DNA of 64,000 bases from an uncultured Gammaproteobacteria bacterium (lineage in GTDB: Bacteria > Pseudomonadota > Gammaproteobacteria > Xanthomonadales > SZUA-36): assembly GCA_963749115.1 (NCBI GenBank), contig CAVVLP010000010.1:254366-318365 (forward strand), in the 5' to 3' direction. Made by a program: the position numbers and the translations under genes. How positions within the stretch are numbered: the stretch's first letter is position 1; each line of letters starts with the position of its first letter. The notes below the pieces were generated by a model, which saw nothing but the letters and a program-made list of their open reading frames with translations, ran no database searches and was not told where the DNA came from. Of the stretch, positions 29,539 to 41,301 are shown in pieces.

Positions 29539-30519
29539 TTAGCCCGCGGCAGTTTGCCGTGGTTCGGTGGTTTGCATGCCAAGCCGTTTAAGCAAGGCCA
29601 TATCCCGGGCTGCCTCGGGATTGTCAGTGGTCAATAGCTTGTCACCGTAAAAAATTGAGTTGGCGCCGGCGAAAAAACACAGTGCCTGCATTTCATCGTT
29701 CATTTCTGTGCGGCCGGCAGATAAGCGCACCACCGATTTCGGCATAACAATACGGGCGATGGCGATGGTACGCACAAATTCCAGCGGGTCGATCGACTCC
29801 ACACCCTCCAGCGGCGTGCCGGGAACCTGTACCAGGTTATTCACCGGCACACTTTGTGGATGGGTGGGCAGGTTGGCCAGTTGCACGATCAATTCCGCCC
29901 TGTCCTCACGTGTCTCACCCATGCCGACAATACCGCCACAGCAAACATTCAGACCGGCAGAACGGACATTCTCAAGCGTTTCGAGGCGATGCTCGTAGGT
30001 TCGTGTCTGGATGACTTTCTTATAATAGTCGGGTGATGTATCCAGGTTATGGTTGTAATAGTCCAGCCCGGCTCCTTTGAGCCGTTGTGCCTGCTGGGCA
30101 TTGAGCATACCGAGGGTCACGCAGGTTTCCATACCCAGCGCCTTGACGCCCTTGACCATTTCAATGACCTTGTCCAGATCCCGGTCCTTGGGGCTTCGCC
30201 AGGCTGCGCCCATGCAAAAACGTGAGGCACCACCGTTCTTCGCCGCCTGCGCCGCTTCCAGCACGGCTTCGACATCCATAACCGTTTCAGGCTCCAGGCC
30301 GGTGTCATAGCGGATGCTTTGCGGACAATACTTACAGTCTTCAGGGCAAGCCCCTGTCTTGATACTGAGCAAAGTGCTGATTTGAACTTCCCGCGGATTG
30401 AAGTACAAACGATGTACCTGATGGGCACGAAACAACAATTCATTAAACGGCAGCTCAAAAAGATCGAGCACTTCGGACTGCAACCAGTCATGTCGGACTT
30501 CAGATTTTTGGGTACTCAT
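29539..30519 (-). CDS. bioB: biotin synthase (radical SAM)
   Basis: 326 aa. [10 protein letters not shown] cluster motif, YNHNLDTS. Confidence 0.95.
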   Translation of the reverse strand: MSTQKSEVRHDWLQSEVLDLFELPFNELLFRAHQVHRLYFNPREVQISTLLSIKTGACPEDCKYCPQSIRYDTGLEPETVMDVEAVLEAAQAAKNGGASRFCMGAAWRSPKDRDLDKVIEMVKGVKALGMETCVTLGMLNAQQAQRLKGAGLDYYNHNLDTSPDYYKKVIQTRTYEHRLETLENVRSAGLNVCCGGIVGMGETREDRAELIVQLANLPTHPQSVPVNNLVQVPGTPLEGVESIDPLEFVRTIAIARIVMPKSVVRLSAGRTEMNDEMQALCFFAGANSIFYGDKLLTTDNPEAARDMALLKRLGMQTTEPRQTAAG

Positions 30520-30578
30520 GCTTTCCAGGCTCCAGTCTTGAGGGTGCTATCAGGCGCCGTTACAGGCCCGACCGGGGC

Positions 30579-31373
30579 ATGAAGTATGAAAAGCACATGA
30601 AGGCCTGTCAACCTGAAAACACAATCAAGGTTGACAGCCGTTGGTGGTATTCGGTACTGGACTTCATATTACCGCCCCATTGTGTGCTTTGTGGCCAGCC
30701 TTCGGGGCCCATCTGCATCTGTGCACGATGCAAAACAGACCTGCCCTGGCACGGCCCGCACTGTCTCAGGTGCGGCCTGCCACTGGGCTCACCCAGGGAC
30801 AAAATTTGCGGTGCATGCATTTCTAAAAAGCCACCGTTCTTTCGCACGGTTTACCCGTTGCAGTATGAGTTTCCAGTGAACCGCCTGGTGCAGGTGTTCA
30901 AATTCAAACGCCAACTGGCAGCCGGCAGGATTCTGAGTCACTTGATCTGTGAACATGTCACCCAACAGGAGTCGAGTCTTCCGGATATGCTCGTACCGGT
31001 ACCATTGCACAATCATCGCTTACTGAGCCGGGGGTTTAACCAGGCTTATGAACTGGCAGCTTACGCCGGCAGGGTACTCGACATCCCATTACTCACAGGC
31101 GGATTGAGGCGTCGGCGAAACACCCGGGCACAATCCGGTCTGAGCCGTAAACAACGGCGCAAAAACGTACGGGGGGCTTTTTACTGGCATGGCACCGGCA
31201 AACCGGGCCGCCATGTTGCGTTGATCGATGACGTGATGACCACCGGAACAACGGTCACCGAGTGCGCCAGGGTATTGAAAAAAGCCGGCTCTAAACGTGT
31301 TGATATATGGGTTGCAGCGCGGGCTATTCCAGTCAATCAGTCAGAATCAGCGAGCACGACCCAACGTTCATGA
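30579..31373 (+). CDS. ComF-family protein (phosphoribosyltransferase domain)
   Basis: Zn-ribbon Cys pairs (CVLCG...CARC, CLRCG...CGAC) and PRTase loop VALIDDVMTTGTT. The true start may be downstream. Confidence 0.7.
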   Translation: MKYEKHMKACQPENTIKVDSRWWYSVLDFILPPHCVLCGQPSGPICICARCKTDLPWHGPHCLRCGLPLGSPRDKICGACISKKPPFFRTVYPLQYEFPVNRLVQVFKFKRQLAAGRILSHLICEHVTQQESSLPDMLVPVPLHNHRLLSRGFNQAYELAAYAGRVLDIPLLTGGLRRRRNTRAQSGLSRKQRRKNVRGAFYWHGTGKPGRHVALIDDVMTTGTTVTECARVLKKAGSKRVDIWVAARAIPVNQSESASTTQRS

Positions 31374-31861
31374 TCACACCACTCACCGTTGATCTTTAAG
31401 AAGCGCGGCGAATAGCCTTCATATTGAAAACCTACACTGCGGGCCAATCCAATTGAAGCCAGGTTGCCCGGCTGAATATTGGCCTCAAGCCGATGCAAAC
31501 CGAGTTCGTCGAAAGCATGCTGAATAACCTGCAGCAGACCTTCTTTCATATAGCCACTATCAGTCTGGTTAACCACACCGTAGTAGCTGACATACGCACT
31601 GCACAAGGCCTCGTAAGTGATGACATTGAGGTTGATTACGCCGCAGATAACCCCGTCATGTATGCGTTTCACCAGGAACCCGGTTTCATTGACCCGTTCC
31701 AGACGCTTCATGTAACGTTCCCAGCCTGCGTGGTCCTTGGGAGCAGTCACCCACGGGTGATGTAAGCCAACACTGTCCCGCATTGCGCTCAGAAACGCTT
31801 CTTCATCCGCAGCTTCCGGCGGCTGAATACGGGTTCTGAATCCTTGTATTGAGAGCATCAT
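31337..31861 (-). CDS. GNAT-family N-acetyltransferase (RimJ/RimL-like)
   Basis: FDELGLHRLEANIQPGNLASIGLARSVGFQYEG. Confidence 0.75.
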   Translation of the reverse strand: MMLSIQGFRTRIQPPEAADEEAFLSAMRDSVGLHHPWVTAPKDHAGWERYMKRLERVNETGFLVKRIHDGVICGVINLNVITYEALCSAYVSYYGVVNQTDSGYMKEGLLQVIQHAFDELGLHRLEANIQPGNLASIGLARSVGFQYEGYSPRFLKINGEWCDHERWVVLADSD

Positions 31862-31864
31862 GGT

Positions 31865-32722
31865 TCAGTTGATCGTGTAGTGGATCAGCAGGCCGATCCA
31901 GATGGCCACACCGACCCAGTTATTATTCAGAAAGGCTTTGAAACAGGCATCACGATCCCGGTTTCTGACCTGGTACTGCTGCCAGGCAAACAGGACAGCG
32001 GCAAATGCCACACCGGCGTACCAGGGCCAGCTAAATTGCAGTCTCAAACCCAGCCATATGAGCAAGGCAATCATCAATAATTTCAACAGACGCAGGATCA
32101 GCAGGTCAAAACGGCCAAACAGGATGGCGGTAGACTTCAGGCCGATCGAAATATCATCATCGCGGTCTACCATCGCGTACAGGGTATCGTAGATGACTGA
32201 CCAGATGACATTGATAAGTAAAATCAGCCATGCAGCAGATGCCAGATGCCCTGTTTCTGCGGCAAAAGCCATCGGTATACCCCAGCCAAAAGCCACTCCC
32301 AGCACGACCTGGGGGAAATGTGTCCAGCGCTTGAAGAAGGGATAGGTCGAGGCCAGCACGGCACCGGCAAACGCCAGCTTGATGGTCAGTGCATTGGTCA
32401 TCAGCACCAGCCCGAAAGCCAATAGCATCAGCACAAAAAAAGTCAGTATGGCCTGGCGTACGGTCAATTCCCCGGAGGCCAGCGGTCGGCCACGCGTACG
32501 CTCAACGTGAGGATCGAAATCCCGGTCGGCGACATCGTTCATGATACAACCCGCCGCGCGCATCAGGACCACACCGGTGCAGAAAATCAGTATGTTTTTG
32601 AGCGATGGATGACCCTCACCCGCTATCCACAGGGCCCACAGCGTCGGCCACAACAACAATAATATGCCAATCGGCCGGTCAAACCGCATCAATCGCCACA
32701 AGGCGTTCCATTTCACTTGCAT
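31865..32722 (-). CDS. ubiA: 4-hydroxybenzoate polyprenyltransferase
   Basis: Trimmed to MQVKWNALWRLMRFDRPIGILLLLWPTLWAL. NDVADRDFD prenyltransferase motif. Confidence 0.85.
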   Translation of the reverse strand: MQVKWNALWRLMRFDRPIGILLLLWPTLWALWIAGEGHPSLKNILIFCTGVVLMRAAGCIMNDVADRDFDPHVERTRGRPLASGELTVRQAILTFFVLMLLAFGLVLMTNALTIKLAFAGAVLASTYPFFKRWTHFPQVVLGVAFGWGIPMAFAAETGHLASAAWLILLINVIWSVIYDTLYAMVDRDDDISIGLKSTAILFGRFDLLILRLLKLLMIALLIWLGLRLQFSWPWYAGVAFAAVLFAWQQYQVRNRDRDACFKAFLNNNWVGVAIWIGLLIHYTIN

Positions 32723-32783
32723 CTGCGGGATTGTATGGCAACGGAAGTCTTGTGCAAGCATCTGTGATAAAAAAAATATTACA

Positions 32784-33581
32784 ATGCGCGCCATGGAACT
32801 CATCGACATTGGCTGTAATCTCACACACGACTCATTCGATGTCGACCGCGAGCAGGTCATAGAGGCGGCGTTTCAAGCCGGTGTAAGCCAGATGATCGTT
32901 ACCGGTGCCAGCGCCGAGGGCAGCCAGCAAGCCCTGCAACTGGCTACCGAGTGGCCGCAAAAACTATTTGCAACCGCAGGTGTGCATCCGCACCGGGCTT
33001 CAACTTACGATAGCGAGACCGATAGCTTGTTACGCGAGTTGGCCGGCCAGCCTGCTGTTGTCGCCATCGGTGAAACCGGTCTGGATTATTTTCGGGATTT
33101 CTCACCGCGTAAAGCGCAACGATCCGCATTCGAACAACAGATTCAGATCGCCATTGAGACCGGTTTGCCTTTTTTCCTGCACCAGCGTGATGCACACGAG
33201 GATTTTGTCGCCATTCTCAAAGAATACCGTGACCAGCTGAATGATGTGGTCGTCCATTGTTTTACCGGTAGCCAGACCGAACTGCATGAGTGTCTCGACC
33301 TGAATTTCCATATCGGAATCACCGGTTGGATTTGCGATGAGCGGCGCGGTACGCACATGAAGGAGTATATGAAAGATATTCCATCAGACCGCCTGATGAT
33401 CGAAACCGACGCACCCTATCTGAAACCCCGCAATCTGCGCCCGAAAATCAAGAGCCATCGCAATGAACCCCGTTACTGCCATGGATACTCGGCACCCTCG
33501 CCGCCTGCCGGAATCAACACCCGGAGGAACTGGCGGAAGCCACCACCCGTAACGCAAGGGCATTTTTTCGTCTAAGCTAAG
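32784..33581 (+). CDS. tatD: TatD-family DNase/hydrolase (apparent frameshift ~100 nt before the 3' end)
   Basis: MRAMELIDIGCNLTHDSF, GETGLDY, VVHCFTG, ETDAPYL. After NEPRY the sense continues in another frame (LPWILGTLAACRNQHPEELAEATTRNARAFFRLS*). Confidence 0.75.
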
Positions 33582-33604
33582 AATAAACGGAGGAGATCAA
33601 TACC

Positions 33605-34022
33605 ATGGCCCATAACAAGACAAAACCGACAACAGCAGAAGGTTTCAGAGTTCATCGCCGGTATCGAAGACAAGGTCAAACGTGCTGACTGCCGTGAATT
33701 GATGAAACTGATGTCAGAAATTACCGGCAATCGCGCAAAAATGTGGGGGCCGAGCATCGTTGGTTACGGCAAGTATCACTACAAATACGAAAGCGGGCGC
33801 GAAGGTGATTTTTTCCTGACAGGCTTCTCACCACGAAAACAGGCCCTGACGATTTATATTATTTCCGGGTTCAGCATCAATCCGAAACTGATGGAAAAAC
33901 TGGGTAAATACAAAACGGGCAAATCCTGTCTCTACGTGAAGAAACTCGATGACCTGGACCGTTCGGTGCTGGCGCAACTGGTTAAGGAATCTGTGGCGTA
34001 TATACGTAAAAAGTACCCTTGA
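33605..34022 (+). CDS. DUF1801 (YdhG-like) domain protein (one apparent frameshift near 33640)
   Basis: MAHNKTKPTTA... then the ORF 33699-34022 frame extended upstream (VSEFIAGIEDKVKRADCRELMKLMSEITGNRAKMWGPSIVGYGKYHYKYESGREGD). Confidence 0.6.
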
Positions 34023-34090
34023 CGCTGCGGTTCTAACACTTCATCTAAACCCCCAACGCTTTAGCAATTGATTGGTGACTATTGGCCATG

Positions 34091-34215
34091 CCTGGACTAC
34101 AGGGCTATGCAGTGCGCCAGCGTCGGGACACGCCTGAGGCCTCAGAGAGGCTTCGCGTCGCACATCCATGTGCTCAGTCGCGAAGTACCGTTCATCCTGA
34201 CACGTAAAGGTCCTG
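34091..34215 (-). repeat. REP-like imperfect palindromic element (long variant)
   Basis: The reverse complement starts CAGGACCTTTACGTGTCAGGATG...ACATGGATGTGCGACGCG... and ends ...TAGTCCAGG. Same family as 34305-34396. Confidence 0.45.
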
Positions 34216-34304
34216 AAACAAGACACCACACCCCCTCGGCTTTGTGCGAAAGCATGTGGTCATGGTTTCTGATAGATGCACATCGTTTGATACTGAGCTG
34301 GGGT

Positions 34305-34396
34305 GGGTATTAACTTATCAGGACCTTGAGCGACAGGGATGTCGCGCCAGAGCGTACATGGATGTATTCACAGCGAGTCCTGGTAAGTTAATACCC
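34305..34396 (+). repeat. REP-like element inside a 20-bp inverted repeat
   Basis: GGGTATTAACTTATCAGGAC (34305-34324) against GTCCTGGTAAGTTAATACCC (34377-34396), 1 mismatch. Core is CAGGGATGTCGCGCCAGAGCGTACATGGATGT. Confidence 0.5.
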
Positions 34397-34488
34397 ATCA
34401 CAGCGCCCCCACCTTACAAATGATGAAGGACACTTTCATAAAGCAACCAGAGGGATGATGAACCCATTCGTTGGCTTTTGATTCTGCA

Positions 34489-34700
34489 AAAAAAAAGGAG
34501 CCAGTCGGCTCCTTTTACAATCAAATCGATGCTTTACCCGACAAACTGAGCGGTAAGCATGGTCATGCGTTTACGTTGCATTTTCAGCTCTCTTTCCAAC
34601 TCCCGGTAACGTGCAGTCAATGCATTTTGATCGATGGCATCAGCCAGTTTCTGCTTGCCCTGTTGCATACGTTCCATTTGCAGCTGTTGCGAAGCACCAG
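34489..34700 (-). repeat. truncated second copy of the desaturase 3' end plus its terminator
   Basis: 34545-34700 aligns with 34788-34940 (minus-strand sense ...QQLQMERMQQGKQKLADAIDQNALTARYRELERELKMQRKRMTMLTAQFVG*). Hairpin AAAAAGGAGCCAGTCGGCTCCTTTT at 34489-34516. Confidence 0.7.
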
Positions 34701-34731
34701 TGAGTTCCAATCCTTAATATTTCTTCAAAGA

Positions 34732-34760
34732 TAAAAAAAGGAGCCAATTGGCTCCTTTTC
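34732..34760 (-). terminator. rho-independent terminator of the desaturase gene
   Basis: GGAGCCAATTGGCTCC hairpin flanked by an A-run and a T-run. Confidence 0.7.
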
Positions 34761-34779
34761 CATACTATGTCACAGCAAA

Positions 34780-35917
34780 TCAGCCAACAAACTGGGCCGT
34801 CAACATGATGACACGTTTACGCTGCATTCTGAGCTCTCTTTCCAACTCCCGGTAACGTGCGGTCAGGGCGCTCTGGTCGATGGCATCAGCCAGTTTCTGG
34901 CGGCCTTGCTGCACGCGTTCCATTTGCAGTTGCTGCCATTGGTTAACCGTTTCCTTGAACTGGGCATATTCCTTTTCAAGCATTTCACGCCAGCGCGGGT
35001 TTACTGAAGACCGGTCAATTTTTGCCTGCGCGCGCTTAAATATCATCGCAAGGCGGGCACGCTGGATCTTGAAGTCCGGTGTACGTTTCAGGTTCTTGGC
35101 CATACCCAACCATGCGCAGCCAGCAATAAACCACTTGTTGATATCGTACTGCCACCAGCGAATACCGTTACGGTAATCGCTTTGAAACAGGTGGTGGAAG
35201 TTATGGTAGCCCTCACCATAGGTAACGATGGCAAGAAACCAGTTATCCCTTGCAGTGTTCTCATCAGTGTACGGACGGCTACCCCACATATGGGCCAGCG
35301 AATTGATGAAAAATGTGAGGTGGTGACTGATCACCAGGCGCAAAACGCCAGCCAACAGGATTACACCCCAGATATCACCAACCATCCAACCCAGCAGCAA
35401 GGGCAAGCCGACATTGGTCACCAGCTACCAGTGGCCAGTAATACTTGTGCTGCCAGGCAACGATCGGGTCACGCTCCAGGTCAGGAACGACACTCCAGTC
35501 CAGCCTGCCGCTCTTGTAATCTCTCAGCATCCAGCCAATGTGCGCAAACCAGAAACCACGGCCAATTGAATACGGGTCCTTGTCGTTATCATCGACATCA
35601 CGATGGTGGAAACGGTGGCGGATACACCAGACCAGGATGCTGTTTTGAAGCGCCATGCCACCCACAATTGCGAGGTACAGACGCATCAGCCAATTGGCTT
35701 CATAGGCACGGTGCGACCACAGGCGGTGATAGCCACTGCCGATACCGATACCGCTTGTGACCAGGAAAATCGCGAAAAAGGCCCAGGCCCATCCGCTGAA
35801 CCCATACACAAAGCCATACCAGGGTACGATGGTCACAGCGGCCAGAAAGGTCAGGCCCAGAACCAGCGTTACAGGCCAGTTTATCTCGGCCTTTTCAGTT
35901 TTATATTCATTCGTCAT
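34780..35917 (-). CDS. acyl-CoA (delta-9-type) fatty acid desaturase (one apparent frameshift near 35400)
   Basis: His boxes HRLWSH, HRFHH and HNFHH split between ORFs 35375-35917 and 34780-35421. Confidence 0.8.
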
Positions 35918-36001
35918 TAAAAAATACTCAATAATTTTGCGTAACAGAACTTTCTATTATATCGCAGTGCGTTTGATCAAGCGTTAAGATTTCAATAAGC
36001 A

Positions 36002-36776
36002 TCAACTTCGCAAACCGGTTCCCCGGTGTAAAAGCCACAGACAGAGGCCCGCCAGACGCCACGACAAAGACACCCATAATGATATAGGCATAAGTTATTT
36101 CGACATCTGACACACCCAGTATTCCGTAGCGAAAACCATTGACCATGTACAGGATCGGGTTGAAGGCTGAAAGTCTTTGCCAGAATTCCGGCAACAGGCT
36201 GATCGAATAGAAAACCCCGCCCAGGTAGGTCAGCGGTGTGAGGATAAATGTCGGAATAATGGCTATATCATCAAACTTGTTGGCAAATATGGCATTCACC
36301 ATCCCGGCCATGGCAAACACGATGGATGTCAACAACAGCACGGAGACCATGATCAGCGGATGCTGCACTTCGACACGTGTAAAAAACAGCGAAATGACCA
36401 TGACTACCGAACCGACCATCAATCCCCGCACCAGCGCGCCGGTGACATAACCGGCCAGGATGACCCAGTTGGGGAGTGGTGAAATCAGAAGTTCTTCGAT
36501 ATGCCGTCCGAACTTGGCACCAAAAAAAGATGAAACCATGTTGCCGTAGGAACTGGTGATAACGGACATCATGATCAGCCCGGGAACGATGAACTGCATA
36601 TAGTCAAAACCACCCATATCACCGATGCGGCGGCCAATCAGGTTGCCGAAAATAATAAAATAAAGCGTCATCGTGATGGCCGGGGGCACCACCGTCTGCG
36701 CCCAGATACGCAAAATACGCGTGACTTCCTTGTGCACGATGGTTTTGTAACCCACCCAGTTCACACGTGCATTCAT
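36002..36776 (-). CDS. ABC-2 type transporter permease (YadH-like; apparent frameshift ~45 nt before the stop)
   Basis: Six TM segments. In another frame the tail reads LCLWLLHRGTGLRS*, which looks like the native end. Confidence 0.75.
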
Positions 36777-37693
36777 ACCGTTGTACCCTTTTCGACCAAA
36801 CGCATAAACAATTCTTCGAGGCGGTTGGCCTTGTTCCTCATACTCATCACCTTCACACCGGCATCATCCAGAGCAGAGAACAGCGCGTTAAGCGACTTCT
36901 GCTTTGGCAATGAAGCCTCCAGTGTGAATTCATCACGAATCTTGAATTCAATGCCATCCACCTGCGGCACCTTCGTCACCGGCTCCCGAATATCGAGTAC
37001 AAATGTCTCTATATCCAACGTGCTCAATAAAGACTTCATATCCGTGTTCTTGACAATTTCGCCGTGATCGATGATGGCGATATTGCGGCACAACTCCTCG
37101 GCCTCTTCGAGATAGTGGGTGGTCAGGATCACCGTCGTTCCACTTTCATTGATCTCGCGGATAAACTCCCACATCGACCGCCTGATCTCGATATCCACAC
37201 CGGCAGTCGGTTCGTCCAGGATCAGCAACCTTGGCTCGTTGACCATCGCGCGGGCAATCATCAAACGTCGCTTCATACCACCGGAAAGAAGCCGGGATAT
37301 CTTGTCATGCTTGTCCCACAACTGTAGTTGCCTGAGATATTTTTCAGCCCTTTCATGCGCAACTTTCCGGCCGATGCCGTAATACCCCGCCTGGTTAACG
37401 ATGATCTCCAGGGGCTTTTCAAACTGGTTGAAATTCAGCTCCTGCGGCACCAGTCCGATATACGACATGGCCTTTGACCGTTGTTGCTGAACGCTGGTGC
37501 CAAAAACATTGACCTCACCCGAGCTTGCGTTAACCAGCGAGCTGATGATACCAATCAGGGTGGATTTACCGGCGCCATTGGGCCCCAGCAAGGCAAAAAA
37601 ATCCCCTTCTTCGACATTCAGGGAAATACCTTTCAATGCTTCAACGCCATTGGCGTATGTCTTGGTCAGGTTGTTGACTTGTAATGCGTGCAT
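36773..37693 (-). CDS. ABC transporter ATP-binding protein (YadG-like)
   Basis: Trimmed to MHALQVNNLTKTY. Walker A GPNGAGKST, signature LSGGMKRR, Walker B LLILDEPT. Confidence 0.85.
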   Translation of the reverse strand: MHALQVNNLTKTYANGVEALKGISLNVEEGDFFALLGPNGAGKSTLIGIISSLVNASSGEVNVFGTSVQQQRSKAMSYIGLVPQELNFNQFEKPLEIIVNQAGYYGIGRKVAHERAEKYLRQLQLWDKHDKISRLLSGGMKRRLMIARAMVNEPRLLILDEPTAGVDIEIRRSMWEFIREINESGTTVILTTHYLEEAEELCRNIAIIDHGEIVKNTDMKSLLSTLDIETFVLDIREPVTKVPQVDGIEFKIRDEFTLEASLPKQKSLNALFSALDDAGVKVMSMRNKANRLEELFMRLVEKGTTV

Positions 37694-37900
37694 ACGGCGG
37701 CTGATTCGGAATAAGTGAGCGCACATTATACGGGTGAAAAATACCGTTGTGGGGATGAACAGAGCTGTTAATAAAATTTACCTGTGAACTTTCAAATTGG
37801 CAAAATTATGAATTAAATTATTACGACACATGACATATAACCTATAGACGGAGACGGCTTAGCTGTTTAACCTGAGCACCGGTCAGATGATGTTGTTTAA

Positions 37901-39369
37901 ATGAACAAACTATTTCTTTATCGTAGTGCTGGTATTCATGGCGCTGCCAACCACTGTTTTGGCTTTACCGGATTCGAATCAAATCGAGTTCAGCAATTGT
38001 ATGCTCGCACTACCCGGCACCAACCTGACCGCCAATGCCCGTTGCGGCTCACTCGAGGTTGCCGAGAACCCCGCTGATCCGGCCGGAAAGAGAATCAAGC
38101 TGAACATCGCCATGGCCCCCGCAACCGGAAAGACCACGGAACCAGACCCGGTTTTCTTTTTTGCGGGTGGCCCGGGGCAGGCCGCCAGTGAAACCTGGGT
38201 CATGATTCGGTCTACCCTGAACAAAATACGCAAGACCCGCGATATCGTGATGATCGATCAACGCGGTACCGGCGGTTCCAACAAACTGGCCTGTGAATCC
38301 GAAGTTGAAGAAGACCTTAACCAGGAGATCGACCTCGATTTGATCCGTACCGAAACCGAGAAGTGCCTGGCAGAGCTTGGATGGCGATCCACGTTTTTAC
38401 ACCACCACCATTGCCATGGGTGATTACAACCTGGTCCGGCAGGCCATGGGTTATGACAAGATCAATATCATGGGTGTCTCCTACGGTACCCGCGCGGCGC
38501 AGGTGTACCTGCGATTATTTCCTGAAACGGTGCGCAGCGTAACCCTCGACAGTGTCGTACCGATGCAACTGGCCCTGGGTCAGGAACATGCACAGATGCT
38601 GGATCGCAGCGTGCAGACCGTGTTCGAGGACTGCTCTGAGAATGAAAGCTGTAATTCGCTATTCCCACACCAGGCGGAAGAGTTGAATACCCTTTTCGCG
38701 CAATTGCGCAATGAACCACAGCAGATCACGATTATCAACCCGGTAAGCGGCGAGCCCCAGGAGATGCGTCTGACAGCCGACACGCTGGGGGTTGCGATCC
38801 GCTTCCTTAGCTATGCCAGCGAGACCCAGGCCATGATCCCCTTGTTGGTACACGAGGCTTTGACCACCGGTGACCTGACGCGCCTGGCCACGCCAGGCAC
38901 TGCTGGTCATGACCGGCTTGAACGAAATGCTCAGCAAGGGTATGGAACTGTCGGTCATGTGCAGTGAAGACTATCCGTTCATGGATTTGTCTGCAGATTA
39001 CAGTGCACACGCTCATGGGTAACCTGTTGCTGGAAATCGTTGGTTTGCAGTGCGGGATCTGGCCACGTGGCGAGGTCGCTGAAGACTTCCACCAGCCCGT
39101 GGTTTCAGATATGCCGGTTTTATTGATGTCCGGTGAGCGTGACCCGGTAACACCGCCCCGCTATGCCGCCCAGGTTGCAGAAGACATTTTCCAACAGCCT
39201 CAACCTGGTGGCCCGTGGCCAGGCGCATTCGGTCATGAAGAATGTTTGCCTGCGCGATATCACCACGGAGTTTATTGAAAAGGGCAGCGTTGAGAACCTG
39301 GATACATCCTGCGTGGAGAATATCCTGCCAGCGCCATTTTTTACCAGCCTGCTCGGACCGGATCCATAG
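37901..39369 (+). pseudogene. secreted alpha/beta hydrolase (tripeptidyl-aminopeptidase-like), at least 4 frameshifts
   Basis: MNKLFL then LSLIVVLVFMALPTTVLA (frame shift inside the signal peptide). Pieces 37926-38423, 38377-38967, 38964-39278 and 39163-39369. FFAGGPGQA and GVSYGT nucleophile elbow. Confidence 0.65.
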
Positions 39370-39381
39370 GGACTTTCTGAA

Positions 39382-40116
39382 ATGATTAAAGTAAGCAACC
39401 TGCATAAATCATTTGGCAAGGTCAAAGCCGTCAGGGGTATTTCATTTGAAGTCCGCGATGGTGAGATCACCGGTTTGCTTGGGCCCAATGGCGCCGGCAA
39501 AACCACGACCTTAAGAATGTTGTATTCATTGTTGCCACCCGATGAGGGCGAAATCCGCATTGACGGTCTCGACCCCACGAAGGATGCGATGGCGATCAAG
39601 CGTACCCTGGGTGTTGTACCGGACAGTCGCGGTTTGTACACACGCATGAGTGCACGAGAAAATATTGCCTACTACGGCAAGCTTCATGGCATGTCGGCTG
39701 AAGATATTCACACACGGGTGGAGGAACTCGTGGAGACACTGGACATGGCTGATTTTATCGAGCGGCGCACCGAAGGTTTTTCCCAGGGGCAACGTGTCAA
39801 GGTCGCCATTGCCCGCGCGATGGTGCACAAACCGCAGACGGTATTGCTGGACGAACCCAGTAACGGGCTTGATGTCATGAGCACCCGGGCGTTGAGACGC
39901 TATATTCTCAGCTTGAAGGAAGCGGGTCACTCGGTGATTTTGTCTACCCATATCATGCAGGAGGTTGCGGCTTTGTGTGACCGTATCATCATCATCGCTG
40001 ATGGCCGGATTGCGGCGGACGGCAGTGCACATGAGTTGCTCGAGAAAAGTGGTTGCGACAGCCTGGAGGATGCCTTTGTCCGCCTGATCGGTAGCGAAGA
40101 GGGTTTGCTGGCATGA
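39382..40116 (+). CDS. ABC transporter ATP-binding protein (NatA-like)
   Basis: GPNGAGKTT, FSQGQRVK, VLLDEPSNGLD. Confidence 0.8.
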   Translation: MIKVSNLHKSFGKVKAVRGISFEVRDGEITGLLGPNGAGKTTTLRMLYSLLPPDEGEIRIDGLDPTKDAMAIKRTLGVVPDSRGLYTRMSARENIAYYGKLHGMSAEDIHTRVEELVETLDMADFIERRTEGFSQGQRVKVAIARAMVHKPQTVLLDEPSNGLDVMSTRALRRYILSLKEAGHSVILSTHIMQEVAALCDRIIIIADGRIAADGSAHELLEKSGCDSLEDAFVRLIGSEEGLLA

Positions 40117-41290
40117 GTGGTCTTGGTCACGGTTTACAAGAAGGAAGTCCGCGAAAACCTGCGCGACCGGCGTTCGCTGTTCAACTCGGTCCTGCTTGGT
40201 CCCATCCTGTTTCCGATCCTGTTTATCGGCCTGGCTTACTTCGCCAGCAGCAAGCAGCAGGAGAGTGTTGAGAAAGTGCTGGAAGTACCGGTGGTGGGAG
40301 CGGAGCACGCACCCAACCTGGTCAGTTTTCTGGAACAACAGGGTGTCATCATCCAGACAGCACCCGAAGACCCGGAGGCCATCGGTCAGGAGCCAGGAAG
40401 CACAGGTCATCATTCGTATCCCCGAAACATTCACCGAGCAGTGGAACACCGGAAAACCGGCGGTGATTGAATTGATCGCTGATCCGTCACGCCGGGAATC
40501 CAATATTCCAATGCAACGCGTCAAGGGCTTACTCAATGCCTATGGGGCGCAGATCGGTCAACTGCGACTGCAACTGCGTGGGGTTTCACCCACCATACGC
40601 ACCCCCATCATGGTCAAGGATATCGATTTATCCACCCCGCAAAGCCGCGGTATGCTGGTCATGATCATGTTGCCCTATGTGTTGATGATCACTGCCTTTA
40701 CCGGTGGTATGCACCTGGCCATTGATTCAACCGCAGGTGAAAAGGAACGCAAGTCGCTGGAGCCATTATTGATCAACCCGGTGCCGCGCTGGCAGATCAT
40801 GCTGGGTAAGATGTGCGCAACGGCGACCTATGCCTTTGCCTCGCTGGTTTTAACACTGATTGCTTTCCGTTTTGCGTTTCCATTGTTGCCGACAGGAGCA
40901 CTGGGGGTTGACCTGAACCTGAGCGGCGCGGCGATTGGCGGAATATTGCTGGCCATCGCACCCGTGGTCATACTTGCTGCAGCCATGTTGACCACGCTCG
41001 CTGCACTTGCGAAAAGCCTGCGCGAAGCACAGTCTTACATGGGTCTGGTTTTCATGATTCCGATGATTCCCAGCTTGATTTTCATGGTTAACCCGATGAA
41101 ACCTGAAACATGGATGATGGCCATCCCGATGTTTTCCCAGAACCTGTTGATCGGTGAGTTTGTCCGTGGTGAGTCGGTTTCAACACTTTGGCTGGGCCTG
41201 TCGATGGGTAGTACACTACTACTTGGCCTCGGTTTTGCCGCTATTGCGGCCACCTTGTTTAACCGGCCGAGAGTCGTGTTCTCAAATTAG
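40117..41290 (+). CDS. ABC-2 permease (NatB-like; one apparent frameshift near 40390)
   Basis: VYKKEVRENLRDRRSL N-terminus in ORF 40117-40470. The rest lies in ORF 40196-41290, with AGEKERKSLEPLL and 5 TM segments. Confidence 0.7.
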
Positions 41291-41301
41291 GAAGTATTGA
41301 A

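Noticed and set aside
34023-34470. Possible structured housekeeping ncRNA (6S, SRP, RNase P, tmRNA) in the 450-bp gap
   Set aside because: None of the conserved sequence blocks of those RNAs that I know are present. The gap is explained by two copies of the REP-like element.
39526-40536. 336-aa minus-strand ORF (also 24697-25323, 49414-50037, 35182-35760 and 16205-16633)
   Set aside because: Each is antisense to a confidently identified gene (natA/natB, dsbA-like, acs, desaturase, zapE) and has no motifs of its own. These are shadow ORFs.
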